A DNA stretch of 64,000 bases from Paraspadella gotoi (taxonomy: Eukaryota > Animalia > Chaetognatha): contig CM119266.1 in the NCBI GenBank assembly GCA_051294375.1, forward strand, positions 18,284,087 through 18,348,086. Reading direction: 5' to 3'. The number at the start of each line of letters is the position of its first letter. Position 1 is the stretch's first letter. A model generated the notes under the pieces. It saw only the letters and a program-made list of their open reading frames with translations, made no database searches and was not told the origin of the DNA. The position numbers and the translations under genes are program-made. This document shows, in pieces, positions 18,201-31,900 of this stretch.

Positions 18201-21082
18201 ATTTTGAATACTTATGATAAATAAGATTTATAATTCACCAAGACCCTAATATCACAGTTATAATTATAATATTTTTATACATTTCATTTTTTTATATTTA
18301 TATTTTCTTTTAGATAGGAGAGGAGCTGGTTTACTCGCTCAATCTAATACATTATTGTAATTTACTTACCCCCCAAAATTGTACAATTTTTTCAATTCAA
18401 TTGTATGAAAAGTATTAGATCGGGGAATACTATATTTGTACTCCGCCCAGAATCAAAATGATAGAGACAGAACAAAACTTTTAAAATTTTAAATTTACAG
18501 ATTCAAAATTATTAAATAGAACGTGTAAATGTATTTTAAAATAAAACGTTTTCCACTTAAAGCGGCGGAAGTTCATCACAACACAAAAAGACGATCCAGT
18601 GCCCTACCCCTGGATGTTCGGGCATCGGCCACGTTTCGGGCAACTACGCCTCGCATCGGACCCTGTCGGGATGCCCGTGGGCGGATCGGGCCATGGTGCG
18701 GCAAAATCACGTGGAACTCAAATGCCCGACGCCGGGCTGCAAGGGGGAAGGACACTCGACGGGAAACTACACTCATCATCGGAGTTTGTCAGGCTGCCCG
18801 TTGGCCAACAAGCCGAGAAAGTCCTTGCACCAATCGGGGGTAAGCGACAGCCAGCGAGCTGTTTCAAAAGGGAACCGAATAATATTTAATCAAATGCGCG
18901 GCTTCATGAAGCAAAATCCCACACCCCCCTTTTCCCAGAATCTCAATCTCTTGGCCAACGCGGCGACGTCGGTTGCTGCGGCATCGGCTGAGGAGGAAGA
19001 GGAAGCGGAGGAGGAAGAACCGCCGGAGTTCGACTCGGCGACGGGAGCGGTAGTGGAGGAGCCGCTGGAGACGGCAGTCGACGCCTCCGAAGTCGGCAAC
19101 TCTGCCGTCTCGGATTCGGGATCGGCCGATTCCAAGACGGACTCCGAAGGGCTGCTCACCATCGACGAGACGGCCGAGGCGTCGCGTGACGGTGAGGAAA
19201 GAGTGGAAGTGAAGGAAGAGGGCTGAGGGAGAGATCAATGGAGGGTAAATTCGAGTTGCTTATGATAGTTATGACTCCCTATAACCGTTTATAACATATA
19301 AATTATTTATGTATAAACTACATTTTTCTATGCCCCTCTTTAACAGTCGGCGCAGACCCTGAGGCGGCCGCGACTTCAAACGCCTTGAAGACGACGCGGC
19401 CCCTCCCGCCAATGGGCTCCGTTTACACAATGACCGGATCTTTTCCCGCGCCGGAATCTCACTCGGCGTTCATAGCCGCTACCGGTGAGTTTCGTTGGAG
19501 GAAAGAAAGGGGGAAAAGTAGGAAGAAAAGAGGGAATACTAAAACCTACGTATAAGAACGGAACAAAGGTTATCATGTTGGATTTACTTCTGTGTTAAAA
19601 AGTGGTTGAAACCGATATGAAAATTCATTCCAAACGTCTACAACAGGTTATCATCCTTATGAATGAATATTCAATATTCCCTGCGGTTTTAATCGAATAA
19701 AAGGATAACTGAATTAATGTATTGGATCGGGGAAATTTCCCAAATCATTGTACTTCGCATTATTTCTCCCGCTCTCTGTCTACTAACCACACTTTTCTCC
19801 CAATGCTCTCTACCAGGCTCCCAGGTCCCACCATCCCTAAATTGCACTTACGTCCACTTGCCGATGTCCTCTTATCAAGTCGCCCGCGACGGAGCGGAGA
19901 GCGACGACGACGACAACGACGACAACGAAGACGATGACAACGACAACGCCGTCGACGTGGAGGACACGAGTGACGAACCCAGCGACGCTCAACTGGCGGC
20001 GTTGCGCGACCATATCGGCGCCGGAGCGACTTTCCTCGTCGACGGCGAGGCGGCGCAGGGAGAAGGAGTCGTGGAGGAGGAGGAAGAAGAGGATGAAGAA
20101 GAGGAAGAGCCGGATGGAGAAGAATTGGTAGAAAACAATCGAACGATCGTGGAATCGGATCAAACAACGATCCTCGATGGAAACGAAAGACCGCAAGTGG
20201 CGCTTAAGACGTCAGAAGATGCGGCGCTAATGGACGTGGAGCCCGGTCTCGTCGCGGAATCCGTCGTCGTCTCTTCGTCGCGATCGACGGCTCTCTCCTC
20301 TTATAACGACGCCGGCGTCGTAAAATCCGGCGAGGCGGGATTACAGACAAAACCTGCGCCGAAACCGCGGGCAAAGATCGGGGGCGTTGTATTTAACGAG
20401 AAGAGGGAGAGCGTGCGGTACGAGAGTTGCCCGACGCCGGGATGCGACGGGTCGGGTCATTCCAATGGGACCTTCTTGTCCCACAGGAGTTTGTCGGGTA
20501 AAAGTGGAAATCTTCGGGTAAAATCTGTACATTAATCACTTCACAAACTGACACTTTTTGCGCTTCCCCTTAGGCTGTCCCAGAGCCTCCGTCGCCTTAA
20601 AACGAGCAAAGCTTTCGGCAGAGGAAATCAATCAAATCCACCTCAAAGCCGCGCAAGGTAAGGACAGAGATATTGTAAGATATATTGGCATAGGGAATTA
20701 AACAGCGTCAACTTAAGAAAAGGAACCTTGGCTGAAATGCATCTTCACTTGCATAGAAAAACAAATTCTAAACAATTAAATAACTAAGTTTAATAACAAA
20801 ATAAAATCCAATGGGTAAATCACAAAAAGTAACCCTTCGCCCGGATCTTCTATAGGTCAAGACCTCGAAAACGATGAGGTCCTCCTTTCCCTCGACGGCG
20901 ACATCCTCGATCTACAAAAGGACAACGCGCGACTAGAGACGTCGATGATCGAATTGCGGACGGAGATCGCCTCTATGGAATCATCCTTACGGCAGAGGAT
21001 CCGGGAGAACAAGGCCTTGGAGGAGAACATCCAACACCTCACCAAGTATCACGAGTTCATGAAGAAGACGAACAAGTGTTGA
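15210..21082 (+). CDS. MYT1: MYT1/MYT1L/ST18-family CCHHC (C2HC) zinc-finger transcription factor, multi-exon
   Basis: Three CPTPGC-x-G-x-GH-x7-HR(S/T)LSGCP fingers (18600, ~18723, ~20428) and the family C-terminal coiled coil (20856-21082). Phase-compatible GT-AG exons: 15210-15345, 15479-15625, 15691-16017, 16108-16211, 18563-~19244 (needs a 1-nt fix near 19222), 19347-19484, 19817-20497, 20574-20657, 20856-21082. True start uncertain (ATG 15262 or further upstream). The symbol denotes the family. Confidence 0.85.
17546..17680 (-). mobile_element. tRNA-derived SINE-like copy
   Basis: Minus strand has a tRNA-like head with a B-box-like GGGTTCGCGCCCC. Its 3' part (TAACCCACCTGTAG...CTACAGTCAGATCC) resembles 31462-31498. 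Confidence 0.5.
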
Positions 21083-22464
21083 GAAAAGTCGGATAGGGTA
21101 GGGAGGGATGAGTTGGGAGGGACGGATGATGAAGGGGATGGGAAAGTTTGCTGGGTAATTATATACAGTAGTTCGTAAACGGAAGGGACAAGTGAGAAAC
21201 AATCAGATTTATTTACTCCGATAAGGTAGTTCCTTCGAGGTTCCCGCTTAACATATCGAAGTTTAACTCGCGTAGATGATACGTACAAAGATTCCCTGTG
21301 TAGACTGTGATGGTTTTTATATGTCACGGAAGAACAACGCCCCTATCCCATTTAGCCATGCTTGCGATATTTTATAATAACGACTGTGCGTCTTGTGAAC
21401 GGTTGGAGGCTTTTACTTTAAATCGCCTTTAACGTAATATTTTTTCCTTGTTAACGATGCTTCACGTATTTTTTCTAGTCTTTCATGTCCAACTGGTAAC
21501 CGTAAATGTTCACACCCAAGGTTATTACTTTATTTATACCTCTCGTCGCCCTACTATTTTTCGTGTTTTCCGAACAGATTATTTTAATTTATTGGGTTTT
21601 AACTTATTTTACTTTTCATTGTCGGATTTTACAGTTCGCTACGTCTATTTAATGTTTTATCTTCGTAGTCTGCTAAAATATTTCGTATCATAATACGATT
21701 GCTGACTTTTTTTTCCGATTCGATCTCATTTTTTAACCAATTATTTTTTGTTAGTTCTGATTTAAATTTAATTTTATTTAATTTTTTTTACACTCGTCTT
21801 ATTACTGAATCGTTTTTAGCAAAATAAAACAAATCTTAAGCTTTATATTTTTATTTCGCCCCAATACTGACAAGGGTCTTCATTTTAAGTCTTCGTCATG
21901 GTTATTGAAAACGAGTTAGATCTGAAAAGTTTTATATTAACTTTTTAAGATTTTTTAGTCTGTGTGATTTTTTTCGCCTCTTACGATCAACAATGTATGG
22001 AAATTTCATTACACGAAAAATAAAAAATAACAATTGACAGAAACTTTTTCAAAAACCACACAAAACCCTCACCACCCCAAGCCCTAACTACCCCTAACCC
22101 CCGATCAGCACTGACTCCTAACCACAACGAGTCACCCATAATTGCTCACCTAAAAAGGTAATGATGTATACGAGACTGGGTAGGTTCAGGGGACGAAAGA
22201 AAAAATAGTGCCGTTAAATCTTACCCGTTTTTTCTGTTAATTGTCACGCCTCTTGGAGGACAAGGTACTGCAGTTAGCGAAGCATTAACAAAACGGTTCC
22301 CAAAGTTTAGTAGTAAAAATATTTTAGTGACGCTCCTTCTGTAAAAAGAGTAATAATAAACTTACCCAAGTAGAGATTATATAAAACAAACACAAATTTG
22401 CGATTGTTCCAAAAAAGAAATCCGACATTTTTTTGGGTAAATATGGATAAATTATCTTAATCTA

Positions 22465-23366
22465 CAGTGTCTCAAGCGTACTGTCACTTTACAAATGAGC
22501 ACTGGGTCAAATTGGTAAAGTGAATTATTAATTTGAAAGAACCACCGAAAAGATAAGTTCATACAGTTTATCGGTATCTCTATTATCTTATTTGTATTTT
22601 TATTGACTCAATGAGCCGTTCAATTGAGGGAGAATTTTTATTTTGACAATCCATCAAAAAAATTAGCTGTTATTAAATTTATATAGTCCGGCATTTAGTT
22701 TAAAAAAATGATTGTACATGTTACATTGTGCCTTTTCCTAAGAATTTTGAAGATTGGGAATGATTGACGATAATGATTTTAGAGGTAAAGATGCAAAGAA
22801 TGATTGAAAAGGAAATTTGTTTTAATGGACGCTCATTAAGTTTACCTTCAGGAAACTGATAACCACTGTGAATTTAGTGTGCTATGATTCAGAATATAAT
22901 CTGAGATGTATAGAGTATTTTTACTGCTAAAACTATTTTCCAGCTGACTGCAGCTTATATGCATTGCCAATGTATTTTGCTGTAGCAAACTATCTAATTA
23001 TCCACTGCATTCTTTCATTTTGAACCAATTAAATACTTTCAAATCCGGAAGGAGTATGGTGAAAATCTGTAGGGAAAGGCCTATGATCATCATTATACCA
23101 AGGCGACATATTATGATTTAAGCAAGTAACTAAAAAAAATCGTTTAGGTTATTGGAAAGATTTGAATATTATAAAATTGAAAAAAAAAAAAAAATTCTTA
23201 AATTTGCTTTGAGTGCTGATAAAATGTAAAATAATAATTTGATTTTAAATATAAAAACATAAAACTGTAACAACTTCTGGATCTAACGAGTACAGTAGAT
23301 GCATTTTTTATAATTGTACTGATTCACTGTATTCATTTGTAAAGTGACACTACGCTTTAGACACTG
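22465..23366. mobile_element. Non-autonomous Tc1/mariner-type DNA transposon
   Basis: ~34-bp imperfect TIRs CAGTGTCTCAAGCGTACTGTCACTTTACAAATGA / TCATTTGTAAAGTGACACTACGCTTTAGACACTG, flanked by TA on both sides. No ORF. Confidence 0.8.
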
Positions 23367-23401
23367 TAGATCTCGTAAACTTTGTTTACCAATTTTATTT
23401 A

Positions 23402-24350
23402 CATGGTAACAATTTTACAAGCACCGGTAGAAATACGCTGTCATTTGCAAACCAGTAGTTATTTCATTGATTTTAAAAATTAGTTGAGTAGAAAATACTA
23501 AAACTATTTATGTATTAAAATTTTATATTGATCAGTTAAGATATGCCTTGACAATGAGTGGAGAAAGTTGGCTTTTCAAATCGGGTTTCATTTTCCAACT
23601 CACTGTTTTTAAATTAAATTTTTTTTGGGAACTTTTAGCACTTTTTTAAACAAAGTATTTATTAAAATATTAACAATATTAATATCCTCAGTAAGCCCTT
23701 AAAAATATGAAGAGAATGATATACTTACGAAGGCTCTAACATAAAAAGTAAGCTGCCCAGCCTTGGTTCAATTAAGAGTATCAAAAGTGAATTATTTAAA
23801 ATTTTTCAAAATATATGACCTGTTTAAATTATTATAACCTAAAATATTATTATTTATATAAGAATCATGAAAGAGCCTGAAAAAAAATATTTATGATAGC
23901 CAATCACAATTTGATAAAAATCATAAATTTACTCTCCAGCTATTGATTTTTAAAATATATCTCGTTTTTGAGTATCCTAATTAAATTAAAGCTGGGCCAA
24001 TTAAATTTTATACTACAGTATTCGTAAGTATATCATTCTCTTCATATTTTTAAGGGCTTACTGAGGATATTAATATTGTTAATATTTTAATAAATACTTT
24101 ATTTAAAAAAGTGCTAAAAGTTCTTAAAAAAAAGTGAATTTAAAAACAGTGAGTTGGAAAATGAAACCCGATTTTAAAAGCTAACTTTCTCCACTCATTG
24201 TCAAGGCATATCTTAACTGATCAATATAAAATTTTAACACATAAATAGTTTTAGTATTTTCTACTTAACTAATTTTTAAAATCAATAAAATAACCACTGG
24301 TTTGCAAATGACAGCGTATTTCTACCGGCGCTTGTAAAATTGTCACCATG
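23402..24350. mobile_element. Foldback MITE with ~330-bp TIRs and TA target duplication
   Basis: 23402-~23730 is the near-perfect reverse complement of ~24020-24350 (CATGGTAACAATTTTACAAG... / ...CTTGTAAAATTGTCACCATG). TA on both flanks. Confidence 0.9.
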
Positions 24351-25115
24351 TACAAATTAGATTCGTTAAACTGTCGGAAAAAATCGTTACCAAATACACA
24401 TAGTCAATACGACTAAATAATATAAATCCAACAGTTAGAGTCCCGAACGACAAGACACACCGGTTTTAAGAACAAAAATTAGAGAGAGGAATAAGCCACC
24501 AGTTCACGACGCAAAGTGAACACTGACCAGTGACAGTCACAAATTACAATTTTCATTTCGTCCTTTCGATCATGGAAATTGTTTTGATGGTAAAATATAG
24601 TCATGGGCCTATACATATATATTAACTTTATGTTGAATCTGGAACGAAAAAAAATGTTTCAAAACAACGTTGACATAACATCGACAACAGTCATCTATCA
24701 TCTTATTGCGTAAAAATGGCAAGAATATTTTTCGGTAATAATGAAAGTAATAAACGCAGTTAACGTTGGACATGGGGCAAATCGATTAGGCAATAGGACA
24801 TTTAGATTGAACAATAAACACTGATTGGACATTAAGATTGGAAAATGGACGCTGAGATTGGACATTCAGATAAAATGAGATCTTAGAAAAAAAAGGATTG
24901 TTCAGAAGCAGACGATCGTGAAGAGACGAACCGTCAGATCACTGGATTTGAATTTCGATAGGACGACGATTTTCGTTCTCGATTTAAATATCTCTTTTGT
25001 TATAGTTCCGTCGATTTAAACTAATTTTTTGCAATAGAAGGGTTTTTTTTCTCTTTCTGTTCTCATCCCTCCTTTCCCCTTTTCATGAAACAATTGTACA
25101 ATGTACCCTAGAACC

Positions 25116-25623
25116 CTATCCAGTCTCCACTCTCCCTTTCCTCCTCTCCTTCATAATTCTCACTATCTCCCCTTTGTAACGACGGACGGCGTCTCTCATC
25201 CTCTTCTCCTCCTCATCCTCCTTGAGGAGCGACTCCTTCCTCATTCTCTCCAGCATCGGCGTAGGGAGGTGCATCAGCATCGCCACCTCCGCAGGAATCG
25301 GCATCACTGAGTCCCGCTCCATCAGGAATATCTGGAAGGAGGAAGGAAGAAGAGGGGCAAGGAGGGAGAGAAGGGTGGAGGAAGAAAAGGGGGAAGGGTG
25401 AGGAAGAAAAGAGGGAAGGGGGAGGAAGAAGAGGGAAAGAAAGAAGAAAGGAAGAAGAGGAAAAGAAAGGAAAGAGGAAGATGTGAAAGAGAGAGAAAAG
25501 AGGAAAAATAGAAAAAAGAAGAATAGAAAATAGAGAAAAAAGAGGAAAAGATAAGAGGAACTTGATAAAGACCAAAAGAGGGAAGAGAAATCAAGAGGGG
25601 TAAAAAGGAAAGGGAACGTAAAC

Positions 25624-25690
<67 letters not shown>

Positions 25691-28548
25691 GGAAATGCGG
25701 AAAATCGGGGTGAGAACCAACAAAGAATTTATAAAGTAAAGCTACTCACCATTGATTCGTCGTGACAAGGACCGAGGCGCAGGCGAATGTAGAGTGGAAT
25801 TGCGTCGTCGGCGATAGGATATGTTTCTCCATCTCTCTTCACCACGTAGAGCATGAATTCTGCGGGAGGATATCAAGGTTATTAAAAAAGACGTTTAACT
25901 TACTCTAACCTCATACTATCTCCTGCCTCACCCCCGGGTTCGTTTTCGATCCTGAATTTGGACAGCAGCAGCTGCACGACGTCAGCGGAGGTGAGACCGT
26001 CGTCGACGCGGACAGTGGAGACGGTCCCGAACTCCGGGATGAAAATCCGCGTCTTCGGATTGTAAATGTGGCCGTTGATGGAAGGACGTCTTTGTTGTGC
26101 CGCCTGCTGCGGCTGTTGTTGTGATAGGTTATAAGATTGGCGGGGCCGCGGTCGACGAAGGGTCACTGGGGAATCCTAATACAAAAAATTAGATTACTTT
26201 ATAAAAATTTAAAATTTCAACTACCATCCTATTTCAACAAGGCCTATTATCAACCCGCCCTTCCCCAATCCTCGCTAAGTCTCTTACATCCGTCCTCGCC
26301 CTCTCCTTCTCTTCCTCCCACTTCTTTCTCCACCTCTCCGCCTCCGCCTTCCATTTCGCCGACTCCGCCTTCAAGTCAGCAGCAGCGGACGCGGCCGACA
26401 TCGGACTCCGCGGCAGACTCCGCGTCGAGCGCGTAATCGGCGGTCGATCGAATGAAGAGCAGCGCTGCGCCGGGGAGAGAAGGCGCTCCGCCGAAGAGCG
26501 TCGTGGAGCGGAGAAGGAGAAAACGCGGAGTGAAGGACGACGATCGCTGTCGGAGGATGTCTTGGATGAAGGTGAAGGAGAAACAGAAATTGATGGACGG
26601 GATTCGCTTTTGAAAGACTGAGTTCTTCTCGGACGGGAGTCTGCGTTCCTCGTGATAGCGGGCGAGCGAAGGCGTCGAGGGAGAGACGAGGGTGACGCCG
26701 GCGGGAGACCATCGTCAACGAACAACTCGGCGGCGGATTCCAACATCGATGCGGTTGAAGGAATTGGATTTGGGGAGGAGGCGTCTATTTCGTCGATGCG
26801 ACGATGATTCTAAAGGTTTTTTTAGCACAACAAAATTCATATTTTGACGAAAAGATTTGCTAACTTACGATCATAAGGGGGAATTAATGATAACTTCCTG
26901 GCTTTATGACAATTTAATCCTCATGACCCAAACTTGATTCCCCTTTCACAAAAACACACTCCCCCCCCTCACCGCTCTTTTCTTGGGACTCTTGCTCCTG
27001 CTCTCCCCATTCACTTCCTCCTCACTCCTCGACTCCAGCCCCGCCTGATTCAAGACGCTACGGAACGATTGGCGCTTCTTCCTCGAGTCGCGCTCGAGCA
27101 GCTCCAGGATGGTCGTCTCCGATCGCTCCAGTCGCTCCAGGTAGGACTGGCGCCAAATTACGGGGTCGACGCCGTCTCTCTCCAGGAATTGGATGAACCT
27201 CTTCACTCCCCAACGAATCTTGAGGACGAGTTCGAGGACAAAGTGACCGTTTCGCTCTTTGTAGTCGACGAGGAACTTGCGGTTGTGCCCCGCAACGACA
27301 GCGGGAGTATCGTCCGGCTCTTGGAATACGGACGATGAGGGCGAAGTGTAAAAGTGGTTGAATGACTGGATAGAAGAAGAGATTTAAGGAACATCCGCTA
27401 AATATCCCACCACTCTGCCTCGTACCTCGATGGCGCGAAAGAGTTGATCCTTCGAGATGTCGCGAGGAAGGTTGGACCGAAGTTGCGAGTCGTAAAGGCG
27501 CTTTCGACATTTCAACCTGAAAATCAAGACGCGCCAGATAAGTCACTGGGCTGGTATTTGAGCTATTTGGTATTGAGCTATAGAATAAACTATGAACCGT
27601 AAACAATGATAAATTTAAAAATATTATTTTCTAGTATTTCTACTATTTATTTTTCTCACCCATCCACTGGTCACTGACCAGTTAACGGCAAGCCAACTTG
27701 CCATTTGTTTCAACCCTTTTACATCACTACATCACCCTTTTACCGCTACAAAAAACTCGTATACCTCGACGGCGACGACGGCGGCGAAGCAAAGTCAAAT
27801 GGCGCTGTCTGGGGCGACGGTAACGACGCTGGAATTTCGATGGGCGGCAACTTTCGATTCTCGGCGCGCCTCGGCGACGCCAGCGGAGACAATCTCGGCG
27901 GCACCTTTTCCTCCCTGCCGAGCAAATGGACGCCAGTATTTTTCGGAAGAGATGAAACTGCGCCGCTAATTTGAGATGAGACTGAAGATGGGACGGCGCC
28001 GCCGCCGGTCATTCGGCGTCGAGTCTCCGGTGAGGCGTGGTCGGTGGCGACGCCGCCGATCCCATGACGGTAAGTCGTTGGCCCAAATAAAAGACTAAAA
28101 ATACAAGGATGACACAAAATTACAGGAATAAACATTAAACAAGATTGAAAAAATACTAAAACAAGCTTTTCAGCCTCGTCTAAATTGCTGGACACTATCA
28201 AAGTCTTAATTCTTTGTGACGAGGGTTTCCAAAATTAAGACTTTAACCCAAGTTCAATCCCCGGATGTTCCGGATCTTGAGATACAAATACATTTAAAAA
28301 GGTTCACAACGTACCGCTTAAAAACGAGAGAGAAAGAAGATCCAATAATGCAGCTGTTTAAAAGCTCAAACTCACCTGTAGCATGGAACGTGACAATAAG
28401 GTTTCCCGCCGTGTTCCGCGTGCTGACCCGAATGTAATCTCTTTCCGCATTCCTCACAGACGAGGCACCCCGGATGCCAGTCTCTCCCCAAAGAGGTGCG
28501 TCTCTCGGCGAAGTAAACCGGAAGTCCGCATTTGGCGCAGACCCACAT
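25116..28548 (-). CDS. RASSF: RASSF (RASSF2/4/6-like) protein with N-terminal LIM, RA and SARAH domains, multi-exon
   Basis: Exon 28548-28376 encodes LIM ([57 protein letters not shown]) and splices in phase to 28094-27765. RA domain [29 protein letters not shown]...[10 protein letters not shown] (~26090-25932) continues as EFMLYVV...[10 protein letters not shown] (~25862-25750). SARAH-like helix at 25330-25116. Confidence 0.85.
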
Positions 28549-28953
28549 CCTCTTCCTAGGTCAGTGGCGCCACATTTCGGTGGAAGGTGAGCGTGACGTA
28601 GAACTCGTGGGGCGTAAATCGGGAGACGCAGAATCGAGACTCATCGCTTTTTATTGTATCATTGTATGGACTTAAAATTTGTGTTTTTAACAAGTTGTAC
28701 TATGTAAGAAATTGAACATTTAACAAGATCAAAAGTGTAACTTTTAACGAGGTGGTGTGGACGAACAACCGCGTCCACAGTGGTATTTTTCTAACAAGTC
28801 AGTAAGAAAGAATTCGCGAATTAAAAAGAGTCATATGTGGTAGTAAAAATAACAGGATTAAAATCACAATAAGTAGCTTGGTTAAGAAGAATATGGCATT
28901 TTGGTGAAAAAGAATAGTTTAACGAAGTAAACATTGTTCCAACAAAGTTATGT

Positions 28954-31900
28954 TCAAATGAGATCGCTCTGCAAAATTGTTGCCAACATCTTGCGGTCCT
29001 CTTGCAACGCCTTTTCTAATTCTATCTCGTCCAGCAATAAATTAATCTGCGAAAAATAAAAGTCGTGTGAAGCTAGAAATAGGAGTGGGAGGGTCACAGA
29101 CCAGACGGAACAGTGTCCAATGCTTCTACGCTCCAATCTCTGACGCGGACCCACCTTGGAATCTCTAGTGATCTTCTCTCGTTTGAGGCTGAGAATCCCC
29201 GTGGCTTCGATGTTTGAAAGAATTGAGAGAAACTCCCCCTGGTCGCTGCTCCCGCCCTCTGTCATTCCGGCCACGAAGCCTTTTCGCTGACAGACCTGAC
29301 AAAGAATGGCGAACAGTTGACGTAGAATGATAAAGATTGACAAATATGATTAAGTATTATGGCAACGGGGAGACATGTGTGATGCCTGGGGTGCGAGGCA
29401 TCTCCCGACAGCTGGAGCTCGGAGCTTTGGACGGCAGTGACCACCCCATGTCACTGTTTATGCCGACACCATCACACTTAACCAGCGAGACCGTGAGGGT
29501 ATTGAACCAGGAACTCATGGTGAACGAACCTACTCGTTATTGTCCAATCCAATGGGACGAGACGAATTTAGGATTCGCCACATAATAATTATAATTAGAC
29601 TTATTCAATCTCCGTCCAACCCCTCTCTCTCTCTCACCTTCTTATAAACGTCATGCAACGCTCCGACTGTCACGGCCTTCGACCCTTTCCTCTTCTTGTG
29701 CAGCAACACGACGCAGCAGATGATCACTTTTTGCTGTAGCGTCAACGTGCTGCCACCGCTGCTGCCATTTCCGGCGGCGCTCCCCGCCGTGGCCGAAACG
29801 GCAGCATTCTCGTAGACGCCGGAGAGGACGCGCATGACGTGAGCGATGCCGACCTTTTTTGGGGGCGCCGATGGAGGAGGAGGAGGAGGGAGGTGAGAAG
29901 AAGGGGAGGAGGATGGGGAGGAAGAGGGAGTAGAGTAGGCCGAGGATTTCTCCACCATTTCGACTGCGTAACGACAGGCGTCGAGGGCTGAGAAAAAAAA
30001 TTACGGGCGATGGTTAAATACTCGTTTGGTTTTCAAACTTACCTATTCCGACGCAAAACATTTTTTAAAGATTTGATTAAGCATTCTTCACCCCTCCGCC
30101 GCCGCCTCTCGCACTTACCTTTCCTGGCGTCGCCCGAGACGGCGGCGACTTTCTTGGCGCAGAAGAGCAGCGCCGATTTGTCGACGAGGGAATCGGGTGT
30201 CGCTGTTGTTGTGTCGGGTGAACTCTCTCGACTCGAGAGACGATAGGTGAGATGTCGAGTAGTTCCGATTGACTGGTGGGGTGAGGAGAGTGGGGGGGGT
30301 CAATGATGAAGAGAGTAAGGAAGTGTGTTGAGTTAAAGTTGAAAAAGATAGGAACAAAATGATATATATATGTAGTCGGGTATTGCCTAGGTTCACCCCG
30401 CCTATAAGCATGAGACTTTCAGTTGTGACCCGGTGGCTCATGACTACTCGGTACCGGGTTCAATCCCAACCCGGTACCTACCCATGCGGGAAGCGTGAGG
30501 ACAGCCGTAAGACGCCTTGGGGGTGTGGCAAACCCTCAAGCCTGGTTCCAAGCCCAGGACCCGTTCCATGGCAGCTAGAGGGGGTTATAGAAGTTACGGA
30601 TAGTCATCTTCAGCCCACTTAGCGCCTTATCCACATATATAATTCCCAGTTTTTAAAATTCAAACGTTTATACAAATTATTGACTACCGTTCTCTTAAAT
30701 GAAGAATAATTAGAAGATTTCAAAAGGAGTAAAAGTAGAGACCAAATTTAGCCAAAATCTTTCTTACATTCTACAACGCCCTCAGCCAAATTCCAAACCT
30801 GTAAGGCGCGAAGTTGAGCGTCCTCGGCCTCCGATCGGCCCGCGCCTGAAGACGAGGCAAAATTCTGTCCGTCAAATCGAGGGAGTTTGCCACGCCAACC
30901 AGAATCAGTCGGGAAGAAGGCAGAAGGGTCCACTCAAACAAGGTGTAGAGTACGTCCTAGATAGTGAAGATATAAGTGAGATGAGAGTTGCATTGCTTTG
31001 CGTTACTTTACATTTCGATCGGTTACATTTCAATTTATAAGGGTGTCAAAGAGTATGAACTAACCTGGTTGTTGTTGTCTCCCAGTTGATCCATCTCGTC
31101 GAGGAAGAGAAGCACCGGCTTCCCCTTCCCCGTCATGACTTTCTCTACCGCCTTCGCCGCCGCCTTCGATCCGCCCTTCGCCGCTGACGAAGACTTGGCG
31201 GTCGACGTTTCATGCAGGATCTTGGAGAAGATCATGGAGCTGAAAGAATGAGGATGAGGAGAAGGGGGCAGGGGTGGTTGACAGAAATTAAATTCACACT
31301 AGGCAGTGTCATACAATAAATGTAATTAGTACGGTGGACTAAAATCCACCAACCGTTCATCAGCGGCCATTAATGCAGGAGGCAAGTCATTCGCCTCCCA
31401 ACCCAAAAAGGTCCAGGATTCTAGCCCGGTGGTCGCCTCGCAGTTAAGAGGGACGGGGCGCTTAACCCGCCTGTAACACTGTGTTACAGCCCGATCCAAA
31501 GCTCAGGGACTGCTTATATTAAACGGTTCTGTCACTTACACAACAAATATTACCGTCTCTTCATTAGTAAAAATTATAATCCATACAGATTACCAAAGAT
31601 TTTATAGAATATAGATATACAATTATACATTGTACAATGTACATTCTACAGTAGAGTGGAGCACTTGGGAACAAAAATTTTATTTGAGTGAACAAACAAG
31701 GATATTTAGATGTGAGATAGTATTATTAAGGTGTACAAAAAGTATTTTGCTTATATTGTTTGGGGAACATTATCATTAATTACAATCAAATTTTTTAAAA
31801 AAATGTATTAAAGATTCTGATTCTTCATAAAAAGTTAGATCCAAAATATAAAATATGTTATTCAAAATTGTAATGTCTTCAGTATTAAAAATAGAAAAAA

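Noticed and set aside
19224-19226. Premature stop suggesting the MYT1-like gene is a pseudogene
   Set aside because: One extra G in the GAGGG run restores the frame to a phase-1 donor at 19244 that matches the next exon. Likely a homopolymer error.
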